DNA of 64,000 nucleotides, from the NCBI GenBank assembly GCA_963778835.1, contig CAVZVY010000009.1, positions 361,744-425,743 on the forward strand. Reading direction: 5' to 3'. Position 1 is the stretch's first letter, and each line of letters opens with the position of its first letter. This DNA is from an uncultured Alphaproteobacteria bacterium (GTDB taxonomy: Bacteria > Pseudomonadota > Alphaproteobacteria > Rhizobiales > Methylopilaceae). The position numbers and the translations under genes are program-made. Of this stretch, positions 1 through 9,728 are shown piece after piece. A model generated the notes under the pieces. The model searched no databases. It saw only the letters and a list, made by a program, of their open reading frames with translations, and was not told the DNA's origin.

Positions 1-458
1 AACAGGAAGCAGATGAGTATGTACAGCGGCATCCATGGCAGATCGAGCAGCGCCGCCGGACCGATCGAGGCCATGAAGCCGCGCACTTGGTCGAGATCTC
101 GTAGGGCGCCCATGCCGTCGCCACTCGCCGCGCCGGGGGGAGCAGCGAGCAATGTTCCGACAATGCGCATGCCGACGAACTCGTCCATTCCCATGCTGAT
201 GCGCGCCAGGACACGGCTGCGGATCATGTCGAGGCCGGCCTGGAAACCGTAGAGAACAGCGGCAAAGATCAGGAGCCCGAACAGGGTCGGCAGGCTGCGG
301 CTCGGCAGGACCCGGTCATAGACCAGAAGCATGAAGAAGGAGCCGGTCAGCAGCAGGATATTGATAAGGCCGCTGAATACGGCGATGGCGACGAATGCGC
401 TCTTGAAAGCGCTTAACGCCGCGCGAAGATGGTCCGGGCGATCCAATGGTTCAGCCAT
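1..458 (-). CDS. Type I secretion system ABC permease/ATPase (PrtD/AprD/EexD family), N-terminal part; runs off the left edge
   Basis: Manual translation from ATG at 458: MAEPLDRPDHLRAALSAFKSAFVAIAVFSGLINILLLTGSFFMLLVYDRVLPSRSLPTL...LRDLDQVRGF...LLDLPWMPLY. The INILxLTGSxFMLxVYDRVLPSRS and DLPW motifs are typical of PrtD-type exporters. Not in the ORF track. Confidence 0.9.
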   Translation of the reverse strand, partial: MAEPLDRPDHLRAALSAFKSAFVAIAVFSGLINILLLTGSFFMLLVYDRVLPSRSLPTLFGLLIFAAVLYGFQAGLDMIRSRVLARISMGMDEFVGMRIVGTLLAAPPGAASGDGMGALRDLDQVRGFMASIGPAALLDLPWMPLYILICFL

Positions 459-653
459 AGTGGAAGGTCTTTTCCGCTCGCGTAAATGTTACTTCGTGCG
501 AGCGATGGTGTTTCACGGAGACTGTCGAAATGCGTCGGTACAACGTCTTTCTCAGGGAAAGACGATTGCTTTTTGGGGTCCTCCCGATGTCGAAACTGAG
601 ACAGCTTCGACCCGGAGAATGAGGACTTTGATGCTCGCTGCGCGCCATAATAG

Positions 654-669
654 TTAATTGTGTCTTTAC
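654..669. promoter_or_regulatory. CtrA-like box (TTAA-N7-TTTAC, one mismatch) in the divergent T1SS/epimerase promoter region
   Basis: TTAA TTGTGTC TTTAC compared with the consensus TTAA-N7-TTAAC. Confidence 0.4.
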
Positions 670-766
670 GCTGCCCAAGTTTTCAACAAGAATTTCAACC
701 GGGGTGCGGTGTTAAGGCCGTGTCGCGACTTATGGTCGTGACGCGCCGGAGCGGGCTGGTGTCATC

Positions 767-3700
767 ATGGCCACTTTCAATGTTTTGGACTTCGGTGCGA
801 CGGCGAACGATGCAACTGATGACTCGCTCGCGATAAAAGCGGCCATCAATGCAGCACGGGCGGCCGGGGGCGGAACGGTCTACATTCCGACCGGAACCTT
901 CCTGGTCAGCGGCGATCCGACCAATCCCTCAAAGGGCGCGATCGAGCTCTACTCGAACATCACCCTGACCGGCGACGGCGCGGGGGATACGATCGTCAAG
1001 CTCGTCGACAACTTCGACGCGCGCATCAACGGCATCGTCCGGACGACGCTCGACGAGGACGTGACCAACGTCACGATCTCGAACCTGACGATCGACGGCA
1101 ACCGCGCGAACAATATCGAGCACCAGGCCGGCTTCATCTGCGGCGTGAAGGCGGATTCCGGCGAGACCCAGTCGAACATTACGTTGAGCGGGCTGGAGGT
1201 AAAGAATTGCAACGCCTACGGAATCAATCCGCACGAGATCACCTACGACCTCGTGGTCGAGAATAGCGTCGCGCACGACAATGGCCTCGACGGCTTCGTT
1301 GCGGATTACGTCGTGGGCGGCGTCTACAGGAACAACATCTCCTATGACAATGACCGCCACGGCTTCAACATCCAGAACAGCAGCAGCGACATCCTGCTGG
1401 AGAACAACGAGGCCTACGGCAATGGCAGCGGCGCGACTGGCGGTGCTGGCCTCGTCGTGCAGCGAAGCAACGTCTTCCCCGAGGGCGAGGACACGATCCC
1501 CTGGGTGACCGACGTGCAGGTCGTCGGCGGCAGCTATCACAACAACACCCGCGAAGGCATTCTCATCAAGCTGTCGGACAGCGTGACCGTCACCGGCGCC
1601 GAAGTCTACGAGAACGCCAGGCAGGGCGTCCGCATCGAGGGCGCCACCAATACGATCATCACCGCCAACGTGATCCACGACAATTCGCAGGAAGCGAATG
1701 GACAGTATGACGAGGTGAACATCCGCCTCAGGCTGGACGATGTCGTCGACCCGCCGCGTACGTACTATTCCACCGACACCCAGATCATCGACAACGAGAT
1801 CTTTGCCGACGGTGCCATACGCGCCCGCTACGGCATCCGCGAGGAAGTCACCAATTCGCCGGCCGGCAATCCTTCGGGGACTTCGCTGGCGGGCAATGTG
1901 ATCTCCGGCACGACGGCCGGCGCGATCTCCGTTCCGGCGCAACCTGGCACGCCTGGCGATGACCAGATGTTCGGCACGACCGGCGCGGACCAGCTGGTCG
2001 GCCACGCTGGCAACGACACCTATACGGTCAACCATTCCGGCGACGTGGTCGTCGAGCAGCCGAATGAAGGAAACGACACGGTCCTGTCGTCGCTCAACCA
2101 CACGCTCGCGGCCAATGTCGAAAACGTGACGCTGACGGGCACGGCGATCCGTGGGACGGGTAACGGCCTGAACAACACGCTGATCGGCAATGCCTCGGCA
2201 AACGAACTTGAAGGTCTCGATGGCGCCGACATCCTCGACGGCAAGGGCGGCGCCGACGACATGGACGGCGGCAACGGCAACGACACCTACTACGTCGACA
2301 ATGTCGGCGACCTGATCACCGAGAAGGCCAATGCCGGCCTAGGCGGCGTCGACACGGTCTTCTCGACCGCCAGTTACACGCTCGCCAACGACGTCGAGAA
2401 CCTGACCCTGCTCGGCACCGACCATCTATCGGCAACGGGCAATACGGTCGCCAACACCTTCGTCGGCAATTCCGGCAACAATACTCTCAACGGCTTGGGT
2501 GGCGCCGATACGATGCAGGGCGGCCTGGGTAATGACCTCTACTATGTCGACCACTCCGGCGACGTCGTCACCGAACTCGCCAATGCCGGCACCGATGGGG
2601 TATTGAGTTCCCTGACCTATACGCTCGGGGCCAATGTCGAAAATCTGACGCTGACCGGGACACTCGATCGCGACGGCACCGGCAATGCCGCTGCGAATGT
2701 CATCGTCGGCAATGCCGGTATCAACCGGCTGAGCGGCGAGGGAGGTAACGACACGCTCGAGGGCGGGCTCGGCGCCGACCAGCTTTATGGCGGTGAGGGC
2801 AACGACACCTTCATCCTCCGCAAGGGCGAGTTCGGCGGAGACGTTATCGAGGATTTCGCCGGCAATGGCGCGGCCGAGGGCGACAAGCTGGTCTTCTCGG
2901 GCTTCAGCGCGGCCGCGGTTCTGATCGGCCTCGAAGACGGCTACTGGATGGTCAAGGACGGCGCCCACGAAGAGGTGTTCCGTCTGAAATCCCCCACGGG
3001 CACGATCGCCTCCCTGCATTCGAGCGACTTCGAGGGCGTGGCCGCGGCTCCGAGCACTCCGAATACGCCGCCGGTCGCGTCGCCGACTGGCAATTCCGCC
3101 TCCGGCAACGAGGACACGACGATCACCGGGACAGTCCCCGCCGGCACGGACACGGAAGGCGGCTCGCTCACCTATGAGCTTATCGCGGCGGTTCCTGGCC
3201 TGACGCTCAATCCGAACGGCAATTTCAGCTATGTCCCGCCGGCCAATTTCAACGGCACGACGGTCTTCCAGTATCGGGTCGTCAATTCTCTCGGCGCCAT
3301 TAGCACGCCTACGAATTTCACGATCGGCTTTGTCCCGGTCGCTGATGCTCCGGCGGCCGCGACAACCGGCAATGCAGCATCCGGCAATGAGGACACGACG
3401 ATTACCGGCAGCGTTCCGGCCGGCTCGGATGCCGACGGTGGAGCGCTCACCTATAGCCTGGTCGCGCCCGTCACGGGGCTGACGTTCAATCCGAACGGCA
3501 CGTACTCGTATGTGCCGGCAGCTAATGCCAACGGCGCGGTGGCGTTCCAATATCGGGTCGCCGACAGCACCGGCCTCACCAGCGCGCCGCAGACTTTCAC
3601 TATCACCGTCAACCCGGTGAACGACGCGCCAACGGCATCCTCCTCGGGAAATTCGGCCTCCGGCGTCCAGAACACGACGATCACCGGCGCCGTGCCCGCG

Positions 3701-5173
3701 GGCACGGACGTCGAGGCAGGGCCGCTGACTTACGCACTTGTCGCGCCGGTGACTGGACTGACGCTCAATCCGAACGGCTCCTTCTCCTACGTGGCCAGCG
3801 CGGCCGGAAATGTCTCGTTCTCCTACAGAGTGGTCGATGCTCAGGGAGCGCAAAGCGCGCCCCAGACCTTCGGCATCACCGTCACCGCAGCTGCGAACCA
3901 GCCGCCGGTAGCCTCCGGCACAGGCAACACCGTATCGGGCAACGAGGACACGCTAATCACAGGCACGATCCCGGCCGGTTCCGACCCCAACGGCAATACG
4001 CCGCTGACCTACCAGCTCGTGGCTCCGGTCGCGGGTCTCAATCTGAATCCCAACGGATCCTTCACCTATCAGCCGGCGGCCAATGCCAATGGCACTGTGG
4101 CGTTCCAGTACCGCGTCGTGGACTCCCTCGGCCTCCCGAGCGTCGCTGTGCAGACATTCGCCATCGTGATTGCCGCTGTGAATGATGCACCGGTGGCGGC
4201 TGCGGCCGGCAATTCGGTCACCGGCAACGAGGACACCACGATTACGGGCACGATCCCGGCGGGCTCGGATGTCGAAGGCGGCGCGCTGGCTTACAGCCTT
4301 GTTTCGCCGGTCTCCGGTTTGACGCTCAATGCGAACGGCTCGTTTAGCTATGTACCGGCGCCCGATTTCAACGGCGCGGTTTCCTTCCAGTATCAGGTAG
4401 CGGATTCCGCCGGACTGAAGAGCTCGGCGCAGGGATTCACGATCAACGTTCTGCCTGTCGACGAGCCCCCGCCGACCGGCGGCCAGACGATCGTCGGGAC
4501 CAGAGGAGCCGACACGTTGAGGGGAGGCGCTGGCAACGACTCGATCGACGGCAATCACGGCTCTGACTCCATGTACGGCGGCGCCGGCAATGACACCTAT
4601 TACGCCGATGCGTCGGGAGACCGGGTCTTCGAACTCGCCAATGAAGGCTTCGACACCGTGTACACCACGGCGAGCCACACATTGGTCGCCGGTTCTTATG
4701 TCGAGGCGGTCATCGCCACAGGCACCAGCGCCGTCAGCCTGACCGGAAATGAACTCGCGAATTCGCTCACTGGAAACGCCGCTAACAACTCGCTGTCCGG
4801 CGGAGGCGGGAACGACGTCCTTAATGGCGGGCAGGGCGCCGACATCCTGACGGGCGGGGCGGGGCTCGATCAGTTTGTGTTCAACACGGCGCTCGGCACT
4901 TCCAATGTCGACAAGGTGAAGGACTTCAATGTCAACGACGACACGCTCGTCCTTGATGACGTGATTTTTACCGCGCTCGTACCGGGTGGCCTCGCCGTGG
5001 CTGCCTTCGTAACAGGCGCCAATGCGGCCGACGTGCTCGATCGTGTCATTTACGACAAAAGCACCGGTGGACTGTTTTACGATGCGGACGGAACTGGCGC
5101 CCAACAGCAGATAAAATTCGCGGAACTAAGCAAGAATCTCGCTCTTACGGCGTCTGATTTCCTTATCGTCTGA
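767..5173 (+). CDS. Secreted AlgE-type mannuronan C-5 epimerase homologue: A-module, RTX/R-modules, five Ig/cadherin-like repeats and a T1SS C-terminal signal
   Basis: The first ~385 aa follow the Azotobacter AlgE A-module (FNVxDFGA, AAGGGTVY, YGxxPHE, SVAHDNGLDGFVADY, NDRHGFN, GLVVQR, YGIxE). GGxGxDxL nonapeptide repeats, no Sec signal, ends in LTASDFLIV. Confidence 0.9.
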   Translation: MATFNVLDFGATANDATDDSLAIKAAINAARAAGGGTVYIPTGTFLVSGDPTNPSKGAIELYSNITLTGDGAGDTIVKLVDNFDARINGIVRTTLDEDVTNVTISNLTIDGNRANNIEHQAGFICGVKADSGETQSNITLSGLEVKNCNAYGINPHEITYDLVVENSVAHDNGLDGFVADYVVGGVYRNNISYDNDRHGFNIQNSSSDILLENNEAYGNGSGATGGAGLVVQRSNVFPEGEDTIPWVTDVQVVGGSYHNNTREGILIKLSDSVTVTGAEVYENARQGVRIEGATNTIITANVIHDNSQEANGQYDEVNIRLRLDDVVDPPRTYYSTDTQIIDNEIFADGAIRARYGIREEVTNSPAGNPSGTSLAGNVISGTTAGAISVPAQPGTPGDDQMFGTTGADQLVGHAGNDTYTVNHSGDVVVEQPNEGNDTVLSSLNHTLAANVENVTLTGTAIRGTGNGLNNTLIGNASANELEGLDGADILDGKGGADDMDGGNGNDTYYVDNVGDLITEKANAGLGGVDTVFSTASYTLANDVENLTLLGTDHLSATGNTVANTFVGNSGNNTLNGLGGADTMQGGLGNDLYYVDHSGDVVTELANAGTDGVLSSLTYTLGANVENLTLTGTLDRDGTGNAAANVIVGNAGINRLSGEGGNDTLEGGLGADQLYGGEGNDTFILRKGEFGGDVIEDFAGNGAAEGDKLVFSGFSAAAVLIGLEDGYWMVKDGAHEEVFRLKSPTGTIASLHSSDFEGVAAAPSTPNTPPVASPTGNSASGNEDTTITGTVPAGTDTEGGSLTYELIAAVPGLTLNPNGNFSYVPPANFNGTTVFQYRVVNSLGAISTPTNFTIGFVPVADAPAAATTGNAASGNEDTTITGSVPAGSDADGGALTYSLVAPVTGLTFNPNGTYSYVPAANANGAVAFQYRVADSTGLTSAPQTFTITVNPVNDAPTASSSGNSASGVQNTTITGAVPAGTDVEAGPLTYALVAPVTGLTLNPNGSFSYVASAAGNVSFSYRVVDAQGAQSAPQTFGITVTAAANQPPVASGTGNTVSGNEDTLITGTIPAGSDPNGNTPLTYQLVAPVAGLNLNPNGSFTYQPAANANGTVAFQYRVVDSLGLPSVAVQTFAIVIAAVNDAPVAAAAGNSVTGNEDTTITGTIPAGSDVEGGALAYSLVSPVSGLTLNANGSFSYVPAPDFNGAVSFQYQVADSAGLKSSAQGFTINVLPVDEPPPTGGQTIVGTRGADTLRGGAGNDSIDGNHGSDSMYGGAGNDTYYADASGDRVFELANEGFDTVYTTASHTLVAGSYVEAVIATGTSAVSLTGNELANSLTGNAANNSLSGGGGNDVLNGGQGADILTGGAGLDQFVFNTALGTSNVDKVKDFNVNDDTLVLDDVIFTALVPGGLAVAAFVTGANAADVLDRVIYDKSTGGLFYDADGTGAQQQIKFAELSKNLALTASDFLIV
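3062..4463 (+). repeat. Five tandem ~94-aa Ig/cadherin-like (tandem-95/Big_9-like) repeats inside the epimerase gene
   Basis: Recurring unit N(D/T)(A/P)PxA..GNxxSGNEDTTITGxxPAGxDxEGGxLTYxLVAPVxGLTLNPNGSFSYVP...FQYRVxD. Confidence 0.85.
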
Positions 5174-5194
5174 TTCTTGTATGTATCGACTGGT

Positions 5195-5221
5195 AAGGCC
5201 GCGATTGTTCGCGGCCTTTTT
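5195..5221 (+). terminator. Rho-independent terminator after the epimerase gene
   Basis: AAGGCCGCGA-TTGT-TCGCGGCCTT followed by a T run. Confidence 0.8.
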
Positions 5222-5481
5222 CACGTTCGGCGTTGTGCTGTTTTGAAAACCAACCTTCGTACATTTCGTCGCACCGCCCCTGGCTCCTCGCGATTTGGCC
5301 ACGATTACCAACGAAAATTTTTAGTTTGTGGTCGGCTGTGCCCAAAATTTGGGCGACGCAATCGATGCGAGAAGTGAGTTCTGATTCGCATCTTCGAATA
5401 GCGTCGACATAGAGCGTGTCAATGATAATTTGTGTCTGTAAACACAATTTATAGTCGAGTGATCTCGCGGTTAACCTGTAG

Positions 5482-5497
5482 GTTAAAATTTGTTTAA
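5482..5497 (-). promoter_or_regulatory. Full-consensus CtrA box upstream of algD
   Basis: Plus strand GTTAA AATTTGT TTAA reads TTAA-N7-TTAAC on the minus strand. A further GGTTAACC lies at 5469-5476. The region is AT-rich, so a chance match is possible. Confidence 0.5.
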
Positions 5498-5771
5498 ATT
5501 TCACCGTGACCTCCGAATTCACGGTATATTCAATGTTTTGTTACCTCAACAATCGGTTAAATCTTCTTATAGCTATAGATGTTTATAATATCACGATAAT
5601 GTGATCGTGCTAATCTATAGTATTATCGTGTTTAAACATAATCGCTCGTGAACAAACAACGTGCATTGAGGAGTGAAAACAGCGTGCTAGCGTAAAAATC
5701 TCTTGGAGCAATAGATGACGGATCGAACGGCAGCCGGTTCTTAAGTCGTCTCTAGAAAAGGGGGTTGCGCC

Positions 5772-7082
5772 ATGGATATCAGCGTCTTTGGTATTGGTTA
5801 CGTCGGGGCGGTATCCGCCGCATGTCTGAGTAGAGACGGCAACAAAGTCATCGCGGCTGATGTAAACCACGAAAAGGTGGACGGCCTGAATGCAGGTCTT
5901 TCCCCGATTGTGGAACCCGGGCTCGACGAATTGATCAGGGGCGGGGTCGCAAATGGCTCCCTGGCTGCAACCGAAGATACGGAACAGGCGGTACGCGAAA
6001 GCGATCTTTCCTTCGTCTGTGTAGGTACGCCCAGCGCGCCTAATGGCTCGCTCGACATCTCTTACCTGGTCAACGTCACCGAACATCTCGGCAGCGCAAT
6101 CCGTAAGAAGAACAGCCATCATTCGGTTGTTTATCGCTCGACGATGCTGCCCGGAACCATGGACAGCATCATCATCCCGAAGCTCGAAGCTGCGTCGGGA
6201 AAGAAGGCCGGCGACGGGTTCGGCATTGCCTATTATCCGGAGTTTCTCCGCGAAAGCACGGCGATCCGGGATTACGACAATCCAGGTACGATCGTTTTCG
6301 GCAAGCGCGACGAGCTAACCTTCGATAAGCTACTGGAGATTCATAAGAAGATTCCGGTTTCCCCGATCGCTGTCGATATTCGCGCGGCAGAAGCGATCAA
6401 ATATACGAACAATGCTTGGCACGCGCTGAAGATCAGCTTCGCCAACGAAATCGGCAATATCTGCAAGGCGGCGGGGATCGACGGCCATACGATTATGTCG
6501 GTGCTATGCGCCGACCACCGTTTGAATATCTCGCCGGCTTATCTGAAACCCGGCTTCGCCTTCGGCGGCTCATGCCTGCCGAAGGATCTTAGGGCGCTAC
6601 GCTACAAGGCCCGCCAGCTGGAAGTGCCGACCCCAATTCTCGATGCCACGCTCGCCGCGAACGAAGTGCAGCTTGCCCGTGCGTATCAGATGATCGCCGC
6701 CACCGGCTCGCGTCGGATCGGCATGGTCGGACTGAGCTTCAAATCCGGCACGGATGATCTCCGCGAAAGTCCCTTCGTTGAACTTTGCGAGATGCTTTAC
6801 GGCCGCGGATACGAGGTCCGTATATACGATCCGAATATCCAGATCGGGAAACTGACCGGCGCGAACTACCAGTATATTCGCTCCCGTCTCCCTCATCTTG
6901 CCTCTCTGCTGACCACTCAGATCGACGACGTCGTCGACCATGCCGAGGTTCTGGTCCTCGGCAATGCCGACGTGTCGCGGGAAGTGCTCAAGCGTGTCGA
7001 CGACGATCGTCTCGTCATCGACCTCGTGCGTGTTGATCAAGGGATGGCGAGCAATGAGCGGTACCAGGGAATCTGCTGGTGA
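5772..7082 (+). CDS. algD: GDP-mannose 6-dehydrogenase
   Basis: 436 aa; GxGYVG, CVGTPS, PEFLRESTA, GFAFGGSCLPKD (catalytic Cys), FKxGTDDLRESP, and the C-terminal GICW characteristic of AlgD. Confidence 0.95.
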   Translation: MDISVFGIGYVGAVSAACLSRDGNKVIAADVNHEKVDGLNAGLSPIVEPGLDELIRGGVANGSLAATEDTEQAVRESDLSFVCVGTPSAPNGSLDISYLVNVTEHLGSAIRKKNSHHSVVYRSTMLPGTMDSIIIPKLEAASGKKAGDGFGIAYYPEFLRESTAIRDYDNPGTIVFGKRDELTFDKLLEIHKKIPVSPIAVDIRAAEAIKYTNNAWHALKISFANEIGNICKAAGIDGHTIMSVLCADHRLNISPAYLKPGFAFGGSCLPKDLRALRYKARQLEVPTPILDATLAANEVQLARAYQMIAATGSRRIGMVGLSFKSGTDDLRESPFVELCEMLYGRGYEVRIYDPNIQIGKLTGANYQYIRSRLPHLASLLTTQIDDVVDHAEVLVLGNADVSREVLKRVDDDRLVIDLVRVDQGMASNERYQGICW

Positions 7083-8598
7083 TTTCTCGCAATCGGTCAC
7101 GGCGCATGTGCTCTACCTCTCATGCGTCGCGGCTCTGATATGCGTGATCCCGCCGGGCGTTCTGAGCGATCTTGACCGCGGGGCGATCCTCGCGGTCGGT
7201 ATCCTCGGAACCTGGCGATATAGCTGGAATCTGCTCCATTTCGCACGCGCGCTCGTCTACCAGAAATGGGTGTTCCCGCAGATGCGGGAACGGGCGAGTC
7301 GGCTGGCGCGGGAGACCGAGGCGCCGCACGCCTTTTTTCTGATCACCAGTTTCCGCATCAGTACGGACACAAGTGTTCGCGTGTATCGCGCTGTATTCGA
7401 GGCGGCGCTAGCGCATCCCGGGCGGTCGACGATTATCGCTTCGCTCGTGGAGATGGGCGACCAGCGGCTCGTGAAGAGCCTGTTCCTCGACATGGTCGGC
7501 GCCGATCACGATCGCATCAATCTCACTCTCACCCGCATTGGCGGAACCGGGAAGCGTGACGCTCTGGCGTTTGGCTTCCGGGCGATCTCCGCTAGCAAGC
7601 CCGGGCCCGCCGAGAACGACATCGTCATGGTTATCGACGGCGACAGCATCGTGCCCGCAGACATTGTCGAGCGCTGCGCGCCGATCATGCTGCTCGATCC
7701 GAATGTCGGCGCCCTGACGACGGACGAGATCAGCGAAGTCCAGAGCGGCGGAAAACGGATATTCCATCATTGGTATTCGCTGCGCTTTGCCCAGCGCCAG
7801 ATCCTGATGTCGTCGATGGGGCTGTCGAAGCGCGTCCTGACTTTGACGGGGCGCATGTCGATGTTCCGCGCTCCTCTGGTCTGCGATCCGAGCTTCATCA
7901 GGCAGATCGAAAGCGATCGGATCGAGCATTGGCGCATCGGCCAGTACAGCCTTCTCACCGGTGACGACAAGTCGAGCTGGTTCTGGCTGCTGTCGCGCGG
8001 CTACCAGATGCTCTACGTGCCCGACGTCGTCGTCCGCACCGTCGAGGAACTTCCCGATCCGCGGTTCTTCACGACCTCGATCACGCTGATGAAGCGCTGG
8101 TTCGGCAACATGCTGCGCACCAATGACCGGGCGATCGCCGTTGGCCCGTCCAAGATCGGGTTCTTCACCTGGTGGTGCATCATCGACCAGCGACTGTCGA
8201 TGTGGACCTCGCTGACCGGGATCATCTTCGCCGTCCTGAGCGCGATCTCGGTGTCCACCTGGGCGCTCGCGATCTATGCGGCGTGGATACTCGTTTCCCG
8301 CTACATGCTTTCACTGCTTCTGCTGTCGCAGCGAAATGAGATGTCGGTCTGGTACCCGCTCTTGCTCTGGTACAACCAGGTGGTCGGCTCGCTGGTGAAG
8401 ACCTACGCATTGTCGCACCCGAGCCAGCAGAAATGGACGCGCCAGAAAACCACGCTGGCGAAGAACGCTGGCACTTTCCGCGAACGCTACATCGCACTGT
8501 CTTCCAACGTTTCCCACGCCGTGATGCTGGCGGCGCTGATCACCGTGATCGCGGTGTGGACTCGAACCCTTTCGTTCCCAAGCGGCGTGGCCTTCTAG
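7054..8598 (+). CDS. alg8: Mannuronan synthase, GT2 family
   Basis: GKRDALA, DGD, LTTDE, LRFAQR, VLTLTGRMSMFRA, LTGDDKSSWF, RWFGNMLR, QxWTRQ motifs and several TM segments. ATG 7054 overlaps the end of algD. Confidence 0.93.
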   Translation: MSGTRESAGDFSQSVTAHVLYLSCVAALICVIPPGVLSDLDRGAILAVGILGTWRYSWNLLHFARALVYQKWVFPQMRERASRLARETEAPHAFFLITSFRISTDTSVRVYRAVFEAALAHPGRSTIIASLVEMGDQRLVKSLFLDMVGADHDRINLTLTRIGGTGKRDALAFGFRAISASKPGPAENDIVMVIDGDSIVPADIVERCAPIMLLDPNVGALTTDEISEVQSGGKRIFHHWYSLRFAQRQILMSSMGLSKRVLTLTGRMSMFRAPLVCDPSFIRQIESDRIEHWRIGQYSLLTGDDKSSWFWLLSRGYQMLYVPDVVVRTVEELPDPRFFTTSITLMKRWFGNMLRTNDRAIAVGPSKIGFFTWWCIIDQRLSMWTSLTGIIFAVLSAISVSTWALAIYAAWILVSRYMLSLLLLSQRNEMSVWYPLLLWYNQVVGSLVKTYALSHPSQQKWTRQKTTLAKNAGTFRERYIALSSNVSHAVMLAALITVIAVWTRTLSFPSGVAF

Positions 8599-8628
8599 GG
8601 CATGCCTACCTGCTGATGGAGAAGTCAA

Positions 8629-9702
8629 ATGGCTATCAATCATGAAGCCGAAGTCCAGAGGCAACATGTCAGGATGCGGGTCCCAATCGAATGCACGATC
8701 GGGGGACAAAAGGTCGAAGTTCTAGATTGGTCAGTCGCCGGTCTCGGCGTCTCCAATGTCGACAAGAGCTGGGCTGTCGGACATATCCTTCCGGTCGCGA
8801 TCACGTTCCCGTTCGCGCAGTTCGGATTGAACATCGATACGGACGCAGAGGTCCGGCATATCGACTGGAAGAACAGCCGCGCGGGCCTGCGTTTCGTGAA
8901 TATGACGCCGCGGCAGACCAATATGCTGCGTTTCGTGCTCGATGCCGTGGTATCGGGCGAACTGGTCGATGCCGGTGACGTCATCGAAGTCGCGGCTCGC
9001 CATAATCAAGCTCAGTCGCGGTCGCGCGGCGGCAGTGAACCGAAGCCCGCGCATCCGATCGGCCACGGCATCAAGCGTGGATTGCAGTTCGCGGCGGCAG
9101 GTCTCGCTTCGGCGGTTCTGCTCAGCTTCGTCGTCAGCAGTGTCTATGACAGGTTGTTCGTCATTCCGGCGAAGTCGGCGGTCATTACCGCGGACCTCGT
9201 TACCGTCCCCGCGACCGTCAACGGAAATGTCGGCTTCGTCGCCGATGGCAAGTCGGTGGCTCGCGGCGAACCGGTGGCCGCCATCGAGAGCTCGGACGGC
9301 AAGGTTACCTTGATCAACAGTCCCTGCGACTGCGTCGTGCAGAACCGGGTGGCGCTTGCCGGCGATTTCGTGAACGCCGGCTCGCCGCTGGTCTCGCTGC
9401 GGCGCAAGGAGACCAAGCCCTACGTCGCGGCCTTCATCTCGCAGGAGGACGCGATCCGCATCATTGACGGCGCAATCGTCACGGTCGTGCTTGCCGATGG
9501 CCGCAGCATCGCGCCATCGAATCCGCGGCTGATACCGGCCAGCGATGGCGCGGTTTTCGGCGGCGAGTTCATGAAAATCGTCCTCGAAATGCAGGACGCG
9601 CTCGATGTCGCCGAGATCGGCCAGCCTGCGCGCGTGTACTTCGAGACATCCTGGCGAAGGTCGCTGCCAAGCCTTCCAGACTGGCTGAAGTCCCTCGTTT
9701 GA
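8629..9702 (+). CDS. alg44: Alginate co-polymerase: PilZ c-di-GMP receptor, TM helix and MFP-like periplasmic domain
   Basis: HEAEVQRQHVR (RxxxR) and DWSVAG (DxSxxG) PilZ motifs, one TM helix, conserved SPCDC. Confidence 0.9.
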   Translation: MAINHEAEVQRQHVRMRVPIECTIGGQKVEVLDWSVAGLGVSNVDKSWAVGHILPVAITFPFAQFGLNIDTDAEVRHIDWKNSRAGLRFVNMTPRQTNMLRFVLDAVVSGELVDAGDVIEVAARHNQAQSRSRGGSEPKPAHPIGHGIKRGLQFAAAGLASAVLLSFVVSSVYDRLFVIPAKSAVITADLVTVPATVNGNVGFVADGKSVARGEPVAAIESSDGKVTLINSPCDCVVQNRVALAGDFVNAGSPLVSLRRKETKPYVAAFISQEDAIRIIDGAIVTVVLADGRSIAPSNPRLIPASDGAVFGGEFMKIVLEMQDALDVAEIGQPARVYFETSWRRSLPSLPDWLKSLV

Positions 9703-9728
9703 CAAGTACTACGCCTGGGAGATCCGCA

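Noticed and set aside
767-5173. RTX toxin or serralysin protease
   Set aside because: No HExxH motif or pore-forming domain; the N-terminus is an AlgE-type beta-helix
6940-7053. Longer alg8 N-terminus from the ORF track
   Set aside because: Overlaps algD by 143 nt with implausible sequence; ATG 7054 is more parsimonious
5772-7082. UDP-glucose dehydrogenase rather than AlgD
   Set aside because: PEFLRESTA, GFAFGGSCLPKD, the GICW end, the 436-aa length and adjacency to alg8 all favour GDP-mannose dehydrogenase
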